DNA of 11,644 nt from Coprothermobacterota bacterium (GTDB lineage: Bacteria > Coprothermobacterota > HKB111). Made by a program: the position numbers and the translations under genes. The notes beneath the pieces are model-generated. The model did no database searches. It worked only from the letters and a program-made list of their open reading frames with translations, and was not told the origin of the DNA. This document shows, piece by piece, positions 1-7,489 of this stretch. The stretch lies in contig JBBIUB010000026.1 in the NCBI GenBank assembly GCA_037440465.1, forward strand, positions 1 through 11,644, read 5' to 3'. How positions within the stretch are numbered: position 1 is the stretch's first letter; each line of letters opens with the position of its first letter.

Positions 1-1
1 A

Positions 2-73
2 GGTTTAAGATTCGCCATCCGAGAAGGCGGGCGTACAGTAGGTGCTGGAGTGGTGATAAAGATTTTGGAGTAG
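2..73 (+). CDS. tuf: Elongation factor Tu, 3' end (partial; gene starts before window)
   Basis: Frame from base 2 reads [26 protein letters not shown], the canonical EF-Tu C-terminus; too short for the ORF track. Confidence 0.97.
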   Translation, partial: [23 protein letters not shown]

Positions 74-76
74 ATG

Positions 77-226
77 ATGCGTGTACTCGTAGTTTTAGAA
101 TGTACTGTATGTAAATCCAGAAACTATCACAGTGAGAAAAATAAACAGAACAACAGCGAAAGATTAGAGCTGAAAAAGTTCTGCCCTCGCTGTAGAAAGA
201 CTATACCACATAAAGAAACTAAATAA
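77..226 (+). CDS. rpmG: 50S ribosomal protein L33 (zinc-ribbon C+ form)
   Basis: [49 protein letters not shown], with CxxC...CxxC and the RNY and LELKKFCP motifs. Tandem ATGs at 74 and 77; GGAG at 67-70 favours 77. Missing from the ORF track. Confidence 0.96.
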   Translation: MRVLVVLECTVCKSRNYHSEKNKQNNSERLELKKFCPRCRKTIPHKETK

Positions 227-243
227 AATGATTCTTTTTAGGT

Positions 244-319
244 ACGCCTGTAGCTCAATTGGTAGAGCACCGGTCTCCAAAACCGGCGGTTGGGGGTTCG
301 ATTCCCTCCGGGCGTGCCA
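244..319 (+). tRNA. tRNA-Trp (CCA)
   Basis: 76 nt; acceptor stem ACGCCTG/CGGGCGT, D-arm GCTCAATTGGTAGAGC, anticodon stem CCGGT/ACCGG with CCA at 277-279, T-loop TTCGATT, discriminator G and encoded CCA end; usual position between rpmG and secE. Confidence 0.98.
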
Positions 320-339
320 GCGGATCTAAGGGGTTTAAA

Positions 340-567
340 GTGGCAAAGAAGGAAAAGGTATTAATAAAATATTATAAAGGAATTAAGAATTATTTATTAG
401 AGGTAGTAGTAGAACTTAAAAAAGTTCTGTGGCCCAGTAGAGAGCAGGTAATTACATCAACTCAAATAGTTCTTGTTTTTACAGCATTCTTTGGCTTATA
501 TGTTGGTCTTTGGGATAACGCCTTGGCCTACTTACTCTCTATGATTTTCAAGGGCGTTCAGAGGTAA
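340..567 (+). CDS. secE: Preprotein translocase subunit SecE (single-TM type)
   Basis: ELKKVLWPSREQ motif followed by one hydrophobic helix. GTG at 340 with AAGGGG upstream. The ORF-track start at 259 lies inside the tRNA and is not credible. Confidence 0.93.
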   Translation: MAKKEKVLIKYYKGIKNYLLEVVVELKKVLWPSREQVITSTQIVLVFTAFFGLYVGLWDNALAYLLSMIFKGVQR

Positions 568-570
568 AAC

Positions 571-1092
571 TTGCCAAAAGCCTGGTATATACTTCACAGT
601 TATGCTGGAATGGAATCCAAAGTCCAGGAAAATATTATGCGTAGAGTAGAAGCACACCACTTTGAAGAGCGAGTTTCTCAAGTTCTTGTGCCTAAAGAGA
701 AAAGGCATGAGTTTCAAAAGGGTAGAAGAGTCGAAGTAGAAAAGATTATTTTTCCAAGTTATGTTTTTGTTGAAATGGAATTAGATGAGGAAACATGGAG
801 TGTTGTTAGGCACACTCCTGGTGTTATTGGCTTTGTCAATATCAATGGACACCCCGTTCCTATGACTGAAAAAGAAGTAGAGGGTGTGCGCAACCGGGTA
901 GAAGAAGGAATGGTTCCTAAGTTTTCCCTGGAAGTTAATCAGAAGGTAGAAGTGGCAAGTGGTCCATTTGAAGGCTTGAAAGGTATAATAAATGCCATCT
1001 ACCCGGATAAAGATAAAGCAAGATTGACAGTAGGGTTCTTCGGTCGAGATGTAGTAGTCGAAGTAGATACTGCCCAGTTAAAAAAGATTTAG
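571..1092 (+). CDS. nusG: Transcription elongation factor NusG
   Basis: WYILHSYAGME, IFPSYVFVEM, VRHTPGVIGFV and KOW motif VEVASGPFEG; TTG start with GAGGT SD; secE-nusG-rplK synteny. Confidence 0.97.
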   Translation: MPKAWYILHSYAGMESKVQENIMRRVEAHHFEERVSQVLVPKEKRHEFQKGRRVEVEKIIFPSYVFVEMELDEETWSVVRHTPGVIGFVNINGHPVPMTEKEVEGVRNRVEEGMVPKFSLEVNQKVEVASGPFEGLKGIINAIYPDKDKARLTVGFFGRDVVVEVDTAQLKKI

Positions 1093-1112
1093 AGAAAGGA
1101 AGGTGATTAAGG

Positions 1113-1538
1113 TTGCCTAAGAAAGTTACAGGAAATCTAAAACTACAGCTACCTGCAGGAAAAGCTACTCCAGCACCTCCTGTAGGGCCTGCATTAGGTC
1201 AGCGGGGTATAAATATTATGGAGTTTGTTAGAACTTTTAATGAAAGGACAGCATCCCTTGAAGGTACTGTGGTTCCTGTAGTAATAACCGTTTACGAGGA
1301 TAGAACTTTCACTTTTGTGACCAAAACTCCTCCTGTCCCCTTTTTGTTGAAGAAGGCATCTTCTTTAGATAAGGGTTCATCCAAGTGTACAGAAACCAAA
1401 GTTGGCAAAGTAAGGCGTTCTCAAATTGAAGAGATTGCAAAAATAAAAATGGTCGATCTGAACACTGGGGATAAGGAGGTAGCCATAAGAATGGTGGAAG
1501 GGACTGCTCGTAGTATGGGAATTGAAGTAGTGGATTAA
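1113..1538 (+). CDS. rplK: 50S ribosomal protein L11
   Basis: [24 protein letters not shown] and [10 protein letters not shown] motifs; TTG start with AAGGTGA SD. Confidence 0.99.
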   Translation: MPKKVTGNLKLQLPAGKATPAPPVGPALGQRGINIMEFVRTFNERTASLEGTVVPVVITVYEDRTFTFVTKTPPVPFLLKKASSLDKGSSKCTETKVGKVRRSQIEEIAKIKMVDLNTGDKEVAIRMVEGTARSMGIEVVD

Positions 1539-1551
1539 AGGAGAAGGAAAT

Positions 1552-2250
1552 ATGGGGAAGAAGCTTAATGAAGCTGAATCTAAGATAGAGCAACGACTTT
1601 ATGAACCTGCTGAAGCAGTCAGGTTGGTAAAAGAACTGGCTTTTGCTAGTTTTAATGAGACAGTGGATGTAGTGGTTAAATTAGGGGTAGATCCACGAAA
1701 ATCAGACCAGAATGTTAGGTCTGTTGTGGTTTTACCTCATGGTTCAGGCAAAGAGGTTAGAGTGCTGGTGTTCGCCAAAGGAGGCAAGGAGAAGGAAGCG
1801 TTAGAAGCTGGTGCAGACTATGTAGGCGCAGAAGACCTGGTTCAGAAAATTCAGGGTGGATGGCTGGAGTTTGATGCAGCTATTGCTACCCCTGATGTTA
1901 TGACCCTTTTAGGTAAACTTGGTAAAATACTTGGTCCTCGTGGCTTAATGCCAAACCCCAAGACTGGAACGGTTACATTTGACATTGCTAAAACTATTAA
2001 AGAATACAAAGCAGGTAAGATTGAGTTCAGAGTGGATAAAGGAGCTAATATTCATGTCCCTATAGGAAAAGTAAATTTCAGCGAAGAAGCCCTTTTGGAT
2101 AATTTTTCAGCCTTTATAGAAGCTTTAATTAAAGCAAAACCACCTACAGCTAAAGGCCAATATATCCGTAAAGCATCAATATCTTCTACAATGGGACCCG
2201 GAATAAAATTAGATCCCAAAAAGGTAGCCGCTTTATTGATCAAGAGATAG
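1552..2250 (+). CDS. rplA: 50S ribosomal protein L1
   Basis: [29 protein letters not shown] and SSTMGPGIK motifs. Confidence 0.99.
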   Translation: MGKKLNEAESKIEQRLYEPAEAVRLVKELAFASFNETVDVVVKLGVDPRKSDQNVRSVVVLPHGSGKEVRVLVFAKGGKEKEALEAGADYVGAEDLVQKIQGGWLEFDAAIATPDVMTLLGKLGKILGPRGLMPNPKTGTVTFDIAKTIKEYKAGKIEFRVDKGANIHVPIGKVNFSEEALLDNFSAFIEALIKAKPPTAKGQYIRKASISSTMGPGIKLDPKKVAALLIKR

Positions 2251-2275
2251 TAAATAATAATTGAAGACCTTGTGT

Positions 2276-2387
2276 CTTCCTTAAGAGCGCGGGTGGTTTT
2301 ACCTTAAAGCTCTTTTAAGAGGCCTGCGGGAGGGAAGTAAAAATATAAAAATATTGAAGGACCTCCCTTAAGGTAGTGTCCTTTTTT
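2276..2387 (+). promoter_or_regulatory. L10 leader (L10-L12 autoregulatory RNA) with terminator-like hairpin
   Basis: Lies between rplA and rplJ. CCTTAAGAGCGCGGGTG...CCTGCGGGAGG resembles the L10-leader core (AGAC-GCAGG...CCUGC-GAGG), closed by CTTCCTT(2276-2282)/AGGGAAG(2331-2337). It is followed by hairpin AAGGAC(2357-2362)...GTCCTT(2378-2383) and a T-run. Confidence 0.8.
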
Positions 2388-2421
2388 AATTTAATAAACA
2401 GGTAGAAAGGTTGGTGAAAAG

Positions 2422-2943
2422 ATGCCTAAACCGGAAAAGATACAGGAAGTTAATAGTTTAACAGAGAAACTGAAGTCAGCGAAAGTAGTGTTGTTTACCG
2501 ACTTCCAGTTACTTAAAGCAGCAGATGTTACCAAATTCCGCCAGGGTATTAGAAAATGTGCTGGCGAAGTCAGAGTATCCAAAAACTCCTTAATTACTTT
2601 GGCTTATAAAAACCTTAATCTCGAAGTGCCACAGTTAAGGGGTTTTACTGGGCTGGTAATTGGATACGAAGATATGCTTTCACCTGCTAGATTTCTTGTT
2701 GATTTTGTCAGAGACAAAGCCCAATTATTCAAGATAAAGGGTGGTTTTGTAGAAGGAACATTTATTGGAGCAAACCAGGTTTTTGAACTGGCTGCCATAC
2801 CTAATAGGGGCGTTCTAATTAGTAAGATTTTATACACCATGAAAGCACCCATCAGTAATTTTGTTAATATGCTTAACAGCCCTATGAGGGGTTTAATTCA
2901 AGTATTAAAAATGATTGAGAATGAAAAAGGAGGTTCTAATTAA
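2422..2943 (+). CDS. rplJ: 50S ribosomal protein L10
   Basis: MPKPEK start, VSKNSL (KNTL-like), IKGGFVEG and LAAIP followed by amphipathic L12-binding helices; sits between rplA and rplL. Confidence 0.95.
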   Translation: MPKPEKIQEVNSLTEKLKSAKVVLFTDFQLLKAADVTKFRQGIRKCAGEVRVSKNSLITLAYKNLNLEVPQLRGFTGLVIGYEDMLSPARFLVDFVRDKAQLFKIKGGFVEGTFIGANQVFELAAIPNRGVLISKILYTMKAPISNFVNMLNSPMRGLIQVLKMIENEKGGSN

Positions 2944-2944
2944 G

Positions 2945-3316
2945 GTGAAGAAAGAAGAGATTATTGAAATTATCGAAAAGATGACTGTATTAGAGTTAAA
3001 CGAGTTAGTTAAGGCTTTAGAAGAGAAGTTTGGTGTTAGCGCTGCTATGCCTATGATGGTTTCTGGAACTACTACTGCTGTTCAGGCTCCTGCTGAAGAG
3101 GAAAAAGTCGAGTTTGATGTTGTTCTAAAGGCTGTAGGAGAACAGAAGGTTCAAGTTATTAAAGCAGTTAGAGAGTTCACTACCCTTGGCTTAAAAGAAG
3201 CCAAGGAAATCATCGAAGCAGCTCCCAAGGTAGTTAAAGAAAAAGTAACAAAACAAGAAGCTGAAGAAATAAAAGCCAAGCTGGAAGCTGTAGGCGCTGA
3301 AGTAGAAATCAGGTAA
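2945..3316 (+). CDS. rplL: 50S ribosomal protein L7/L12
   Basis: [32 protein letters not shown] and LGLKEAK motifs. GTG at 2945, 1 nt after the rplJ stop, with AGGAGG at 2928-2933, is preferred to the ORF-track start at 2915. Confidence 0.97.
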   Translation: MKKEEIIEIIEKMTVLELNELVKALEEKFGVSAAMPMMVSGTTTAVQAPAEEEKVEFDVVLKAVGEQKVQVIKAVREFTTLGLKEAKEIIEAAPKVVKEKVTKQEAEEIKAKLEAVGAEVEIR

Positions 3317-3346
3317 ATCGGAAACAGTTAAATTATGGATTAAGAC

Positions 3347-3378
3347 GGGGACGAGCCTTCAGGGCTCGCCCCTTTTTT
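3347..3378 (+). terminator. Intrinsic terminator of the ribosomal protein operon
   Basis: GGGG-A-CGAGCC-TTCAG-GGCTCG-CCCC followed by TTTTTT; lies between convergent rplL and lon. Confidence 0.9.
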
Positions 3379-3381
3379 ATT

Positions 3382-5748
3382 TTAAGAATTACTTATTCTT
3401 ATGTTGTTCTGTGACTTTACTTCCAATTCAAAAACTTTGCTCAAGACTTCGTCCATGTGGCCTACGAGGGAGATCTCCATCCCTTCTTTAATATAAAGAG
3501 GAATTTCTTCTAAATCTTTTTCATTTTCCCTTGGGAGGAACACTTTATTCAACCCAACTCTTTGAGCAGCCATGACCTTCTCTTTTACTCCCCCTATGGG
3601 TAGAATTTTCCCGCGAAGGGTGATTTCTCCGGTCATAGCCACATCCTTCCTCACAGGATGCTTTGTTAGAGCAGAAATCATTGAAACAGCAATGGTTATA
3701 CCTGCAGAAGGCCCATCTTTGGGAATAGCTCCCTGGGGAACATGTACATGAATATCTGTTTTATCATAAAAACCTGGATTTAACCCCAACTCCTGTGCTC
3801 GAGAGCGAATATAAGTCAACCCTGCTTTAGCAGATTCTTGCATAACCTCGCCGAGTTGACCTGTTAGAGAAAGATTGCCCTTCCCTTCAACGCAAGAAGT
3901 TTCAATTAGAAGTACTTCTCCACCAGCTGGAGTGACTGCCAGTCCTGTGGCTACTCCTATTTCGCTCTCTTTTTGAGCTTCTTCCAGCCAGAACCTTCTG
4001 ATACCCAGATAATCTTTTATATTCGATGCTTCAACAATCACATTACTGGAGAGAGACTCTTCTGCTTTTTTGCGAGCAATCTTACGACATACATTAGCAA
4101 TAGAACGCTCGAGATTTCTTACTCCTGCCTCGCGTGTGTAATAGCGGATGATTTCTTCAAGTGCGCTTCGTTCTATTATTACTTCTTCATTTTCCAGGCC
4201 GTTTTCTTTTATTTGTTTTGGAACGAGATAACGTTTGGCTATTTCTCCCTTTTCTGGTTCTGTATAACCAGGAAGTTCTATTACCTCCATACGGTCTCTA
4301 AGAGCTGGTGGTACAGTGTCAAGGAAGTTGGCTGTTAAGATAAAGAACACCTTACTGAGATCAAAGGGTACTTCCAGGTAATGGTCTGTGAAAGAGTGGT
4401 TTTGTTCAGGGTCAAGCGCTTCAAGAAGGGCGGCTGCAGGGTCTCCTCTGAAGTCTATCCCTATTTTATCTATTTCATCCAGCATAAACACAGGGTTATT
4501 AGCTCCTGCGTTTCTAATACCCTGGATTATTCTTCCAGGTATGGCACCAACATAGGTTCGCCTGTGCCCTCTTATTTCAGCCTCGTCTCTCATACCTCCT
4601 AAAGACATGCGGATGAATTTACGATTTAAGGATTTAGCAACTGATTGCCCTAAAGAAGTTTTACCAACCCCTGGAGGACCAACAAAACAGAGAATTGGTC
4701 CTTTTGCCTGTCCTTTTAATTTACGTACAGCTAAAAAGTCCAGTATTCTCTCTTTAGGTTTTTCCAGGTCATAGTGGTCTTCATCAAGTATTGCTGAAGC
4801 TTCTTTTATACTAAGACTATCCTCACTCGAAGATTTCCAGGGGATACTGAGAAGCCAGTCAAGATAAGTACGGCTAACAATATATTCAGCTGCATAAGGG
4901 GGCATTCGTTCAAGTTTTTCTAATTCCCGTTCTGCCTGAGCTTTGGCGTGTTCTGGTAAATCAGCAGTCTCCATCTTTCTTTTAAATTCGTTTATTTCTA
5001 TATTTCTTTCGTCTCCCTCACCAAGTTCTTTTTGGATAGCTTTGAGTTGCTCTCTCAGGATGGCTTGCTTTTGAGCCTTACTAAGTTCATCTCTGACTTG
5101 TGAGTGTATCTTATCAGCCAGTTCCAAAATCTCAATCTCCCGTTGAAGATATTCAGTTACCTGTTCCAGCCTTTTTAAGTGGTCAGTAATCTCAAGAATC
5201 TTCTGTCTTTCAGGGAGTTTAAGGTTTATATTAAAGGCAATGATATCAGCTAATCTACCTATTTCTTCGGTGTTTAAGGCAGCAATGTATACTTCTTTTG
5301 AGAAGTCGGTTGAGATATTTGTAATTCTCTCTAACAACGAGAGAACATGCCTTTTAATTCCTTCTCCCTCTACAGTTTGAGTGGTTTCCTCTTCTTCAAT
5401 CACTTCTATCTGGGCACTGAAATAAGGTTCTTCTTGAACCCATTCTTTTATTTTTATGCGTTTTAAAGCTTGCACTATTACACTTAAGGTACCATCAGGC
5501 ATCCTCATCATTTTGAAGATGGTAGCCATTGTACCAACCTGATACAAGTCTAAAAGGAAAGGTTCTTCTATCTCGGATTTTTGGGCTACCAATCCTAAAA
5601 CTTTACCTGGTGGTAGGTCATTTATTAATTTGATAGATTTATCTCTCCCCACTGTTAAAGGAATCATCATCTGCGGGTATATAACAGTGTTTTTCAGCGG
5701 GAGAACTGGTAAAATATCTGGTATTTCTATATTATCTGGTTTTTCCAT
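3382..5748 (-). CDS. lon: ATP-dependent protease La (LonA)
   Basis: N-domain LPVLPL, Walker A GPPGVGKT, Walker [19 protein letters not shown], and catalytic dyad PKDGPSAG (Ser) with IGGVKEK (Lys); GGAGG SD at 5757-5753. Confidence 0.98.
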   Translation of the reverse strand: MEKPDNIEIPDILPVLPLKNTVIYPQMMIPLTVGRDKSIKLINDLPPGKVLGLVAQKSEIEEPFLLDLYQVGTMATIFKMMRMPDGTLSVIVQALKRIKIKEWVQEEPYFSAQIEVIEEEETTQTVEGEGIKRHVLSLLERITNISTDFSKEVYIAALNTEEIGRLADIIAFNINLKLPERQKILEITDHLKRLEQVTEYLQREIEILELADKIHSQVRDELSKAQKQAILREQLKAIQKELGEGDERNIEINEFKRKMETADLPEHAKAQAERELEKLERMPPYAAEYIVSRTYLDWLLSIPWKSSSEDSLSIKEASAILDEDHYDLEKPKERILDFLAVRKLKGQAKGPILCFVGPPGVGKTSLGQSVAKSLNRKFIRMSLGGMRDEAEIRGHRRTYVGAIPGRIIQGIRNAGANNPVFMLDEIDKIGIDFRGDPAAALLEALDPEQNHSFTDHYLEVPFDLSKVFFILTANFLDTVPPALRDRMEVIELPGYTEPEKGEIAKRYLVPKQIKENGLENEEVIIERSALEEIIRYYTREAGVRNLERSIANVCRKIARKKAEESLSSNVIVEASNIKDYLGIRRFWLEEAQKESEIGVATGLAVTPAGGEVLLIETSCVEGKGNLSLTGQLGEVMQESAKAGLTYIRSRAQELGLNPGFYDKTDIHVHVPQGAIPKDGPSAGITIAVSMISALTKHPVRKDVAMTGEITLRGKILPIGGVKEKVMAAQRVGLNKVFLPRENEKDLEEIPLYIKEGMEISLVGHMDEVLSKVFELEVKSQNNIRISNS

Positions 5749-5886
5749 TTTTCCTCCGGGTAAAAATTATTTGAAAAACAACTAATGCTGTTTATTTGAC
5801 AGCAATTAATTATTGAATTTATGTTTATTAAGGCTCTGTTTGAACTGTTTATTTTCATTTAATTTCTTCTTAAATACACTCATAAT

Positions 5887-5916
5887 ATTTTACCCCATTT
5901 TGACAGCTGTAATCAA
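5887..5916 (-). promoter_or_regulatory. Candidate sigma70-type promoter for lon
   Basis: Minus strand TTGATT(5916-5911)-N18-TAAAAT(5892-5887); AT-rich context makes chance matches possible. Confidence 0.35.
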
Positions 5917-5984
5917 ACAACATTTAAGGATACAAGGGTTCCACGGTTCAGGGTCTCTATATTTACCACTCTCTATTGACTTCG

Positions 5985-5993
5985 TGTTATAAT
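5985..5993 (+). promoter_or_regulatory. Extended -10 promoter for the btu operon
   Basis: TG-T-TATAAT; predicted start near 6000, just before the riboswitch P1 at 6005. No clear -35. Confidence 0.6.
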
Positions 5994-6004
5994 TAATCAA
6001 GTCA

Positions 6005-6187
6005 CCTTATAGTGTAGGGAAGGCTGGTGAAAGTCCAGCGCTGTCCCGCAACTGTAATCGGCGAGTGTAAGGGCAAAATCAAGCCACTGGGCATTTTGTG
6101 CCTGGGAAGGTTGTCCCAACTGAGACCCGGAAGCCAGGAAACCTGCTATGAGGTGCCAGATAGCTTTAACCTTCTCGCGGAGGAAGG
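6005..6187 (+). ncRNA. Cobalamin (B12) riboswitch
   Basis: P1 CCTTATAG(6005-6012)/CTATGAGG(6146-6153); AGGGAA 6016-6021; T-loop hairpin GCTGG-TGAAAGT-CCAGC; CTGTCCCGCAACTGT 6041-6055; GCCACTG 6083-6089 and GGGAAGG 6104-6110; B12 box AGCCAGGAAACCTGC 6132-6146; P13 at 6170-6187. Directly upstream of btuFCD-like genes. Confidence 0.96.
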
Positions 6188-6262
6188 GAGTGCTTATTCA
6201 AAAAGCGTTCTCCTTTTCCTGCCTCCCGAAGTAAAGCAAAATTATTAAAAGGAGGAAGGAAG

Positions 6263-7489
6263 ATGTTTAAAAAGTTTTTAAAATTTATTTTAACAGGTCT
6301 GGTTTTACTCACTTTTATTTCAGTTTCTCTTATTTATGCTAATAGTCAAAGGTCGGTAGTCATCATTGATGACATAGGCAGAGAGGTCAGAGTAAATCTA
6401 CCAGTTCAGAGGATAGTTTCTATTGCTCCAGCAGCTACAGAGATTGTTTTTGCCCTAAAAGCCCAGAGTCTTTTAGTGGGAAGAACTGATTTCTGTGATT
6501 ATCCAGAAGGGGTAACTAAAATCCCTTCTATTGGAGGGGTTGCTAATCCCAGCCCTGAGAAAATCATTGCTTCACGCCCTCAGTTGATCTTGACAACCCG
6601 TATGTTTTCCAAGGCTATGGCTGAGCCTTTGATGAAAGCCTACCCTCTAGTGGTACTAGAGCCTCAGAATGTGGAAGGTGTTTTGAATAACATTCTTAAT
6701 GTAGGTAAAGCCATAGATAGAGTTAAAGAATCTTATGAACTGGTGGCTTCTTTGGGTGCTTTTAGAAGACCAATAAGAAGCTATTTTAAAAATATAACGA
6801 ATAAACCTAAGATCTTGGTGTTAGTCTGGCACGACCCAATCATAACAGTAGGCCCGGGTTCTTTTGTAGCCACTGCGGTAGAAGAAGGGGGAGGTTTAAA
6901 TTATGTAAGGAAAGATTTAGGTGCTTACCCTCTCCTTTCTCCTGAAGCACTGTTAAAGGAAGAACCAGACATCATTCTTTACCCATCAATGTCTATGGGG
7001 TTTGACTTGTCCTTTTTGCAGCAATCCCCTTTCAAACACCTAAAGGCAGTTAAGGAAGGAAGAGTATTCGCTTTTAATGATGACCTTCTTTTCAGGCCTG
7101 GACCGAGAATAATCCAGGGTGTGTTAGAGGTAAGTAAAGCAGTTGATTCTTCTCTTAAAGACAGTAAAATATTTTCCCTTTTAACTATTGGTGGGAAGCT
7201 TTACCTTAATGGAGTTCTTGCTCTTCCTGGTTCAACAATAAAGAACTTAAATGGGAGAATACATGTAAGCAAAGAGGCTCTGGAAATCATCCTTGAGGAG
7301 TATATAAGTAAAGTTGATATTAAAACTGATCAGGCTCAATTAATTTTTAAAGATGGTAAAAGCCTATCTGTTAGAGTATCTGAACGACTTTTACCCTTAA
7401 GGACCATCCTGGAGTTTGTTAGAGTTAAACTCTACTGGGATGGTGAATTTAAGGAGGTGCACATATTTTCAAAGCTAGCTGGAAGATAA
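6263..7489 (+). CDS. btuF: Cobalamin ABC transporter substrate-binding protein (BtuF-like) with extra C-terminal domain
   Basis: Signal peptide; DDIGREV, RIVSIAPAATEIVFAL, VGRTDFCDYP and RPGPRI motifs of the BtuF/helical-backbone family; B12 riboswitch upstream; ~106-aa C-terminal extension. Confidence 0.88.
   Translation: MFKKFLKFILTGLVLLTFISVSLIYANSQRSVVIIDDIGREVRVNLPVQRIVSIAPAATEIVFALKAQSLLVGRTDFCDYPEGVTKIPSIGGVANPSPEKIIASRPQLILTTRMFSKAMAEPLMKAYPLVVLEPQNVEGVLNNILNVGKAIDRVKESYELVASLGAFRRPIRSYFKNITNKPKILVLVWHDPIITVGPGSFVATAVEEGGGLNYVRKDLGAYPLLSPEALLKEEPDIILYPSMSMGFDLSFLQQSPFKHLKAVKEGRVFAFNDDLLFRPGPRIIQGVLEVSKAVDSSLKDSKIFSLLTIGGKLYLNGVLALPGSTIKNLNGRIHVSKEALEIILEEYISKVDIKTDQAQLIFKDGKSLSVRVSERLLPLRTILEFVRVKLYWDGEFKEVHIFSKLAGR

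Noticed and set aside
259..339. N-terminal extension of secE in the ORF track
   Set aside because: Overlaps tRNA-Trp; the real start is GTG 340.
532..2852. Minus-strand ORFs 532-717, 1309-1593, 2052-2243, 2391-2582 and 2604-2852
   Set aside because: Antisense to conserved housekeeping genes, with no motifs; expected shadow ORFs.
3973..4602. Plus-strand ORFs 3973-4338 and 4381-4602
   Set aside because: Antisense to lon, with atypical composition and no motifs.
5806..5883. 25-codon minus-strand ORF (MSVFKKKLNENKQFKQSLNKHKFNN) upstream of lon as a leader peptide
   Set aside because: No SD, and its ATG lies only 3 nt from the candidate -10, so it is probably not transcribed; composition simply mirrors AT-rich DNA.
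5749..5940. Heat-shock operators (CIRCE or CtsR) upstream of lon; TTTGACAGC occurs at 5795 and 5899
   Set aside because: No TTAGCACTC-N9-GAGTGCTAA; the GTCAAA half-sites are 104 nt apart rather than in the tandem CtsR arrangement.
6027..6248. 73-aa ORF upstream of btuF
   Set aside because: Shadow translation of the cobalamin riboswitch; no recognisable protein features.
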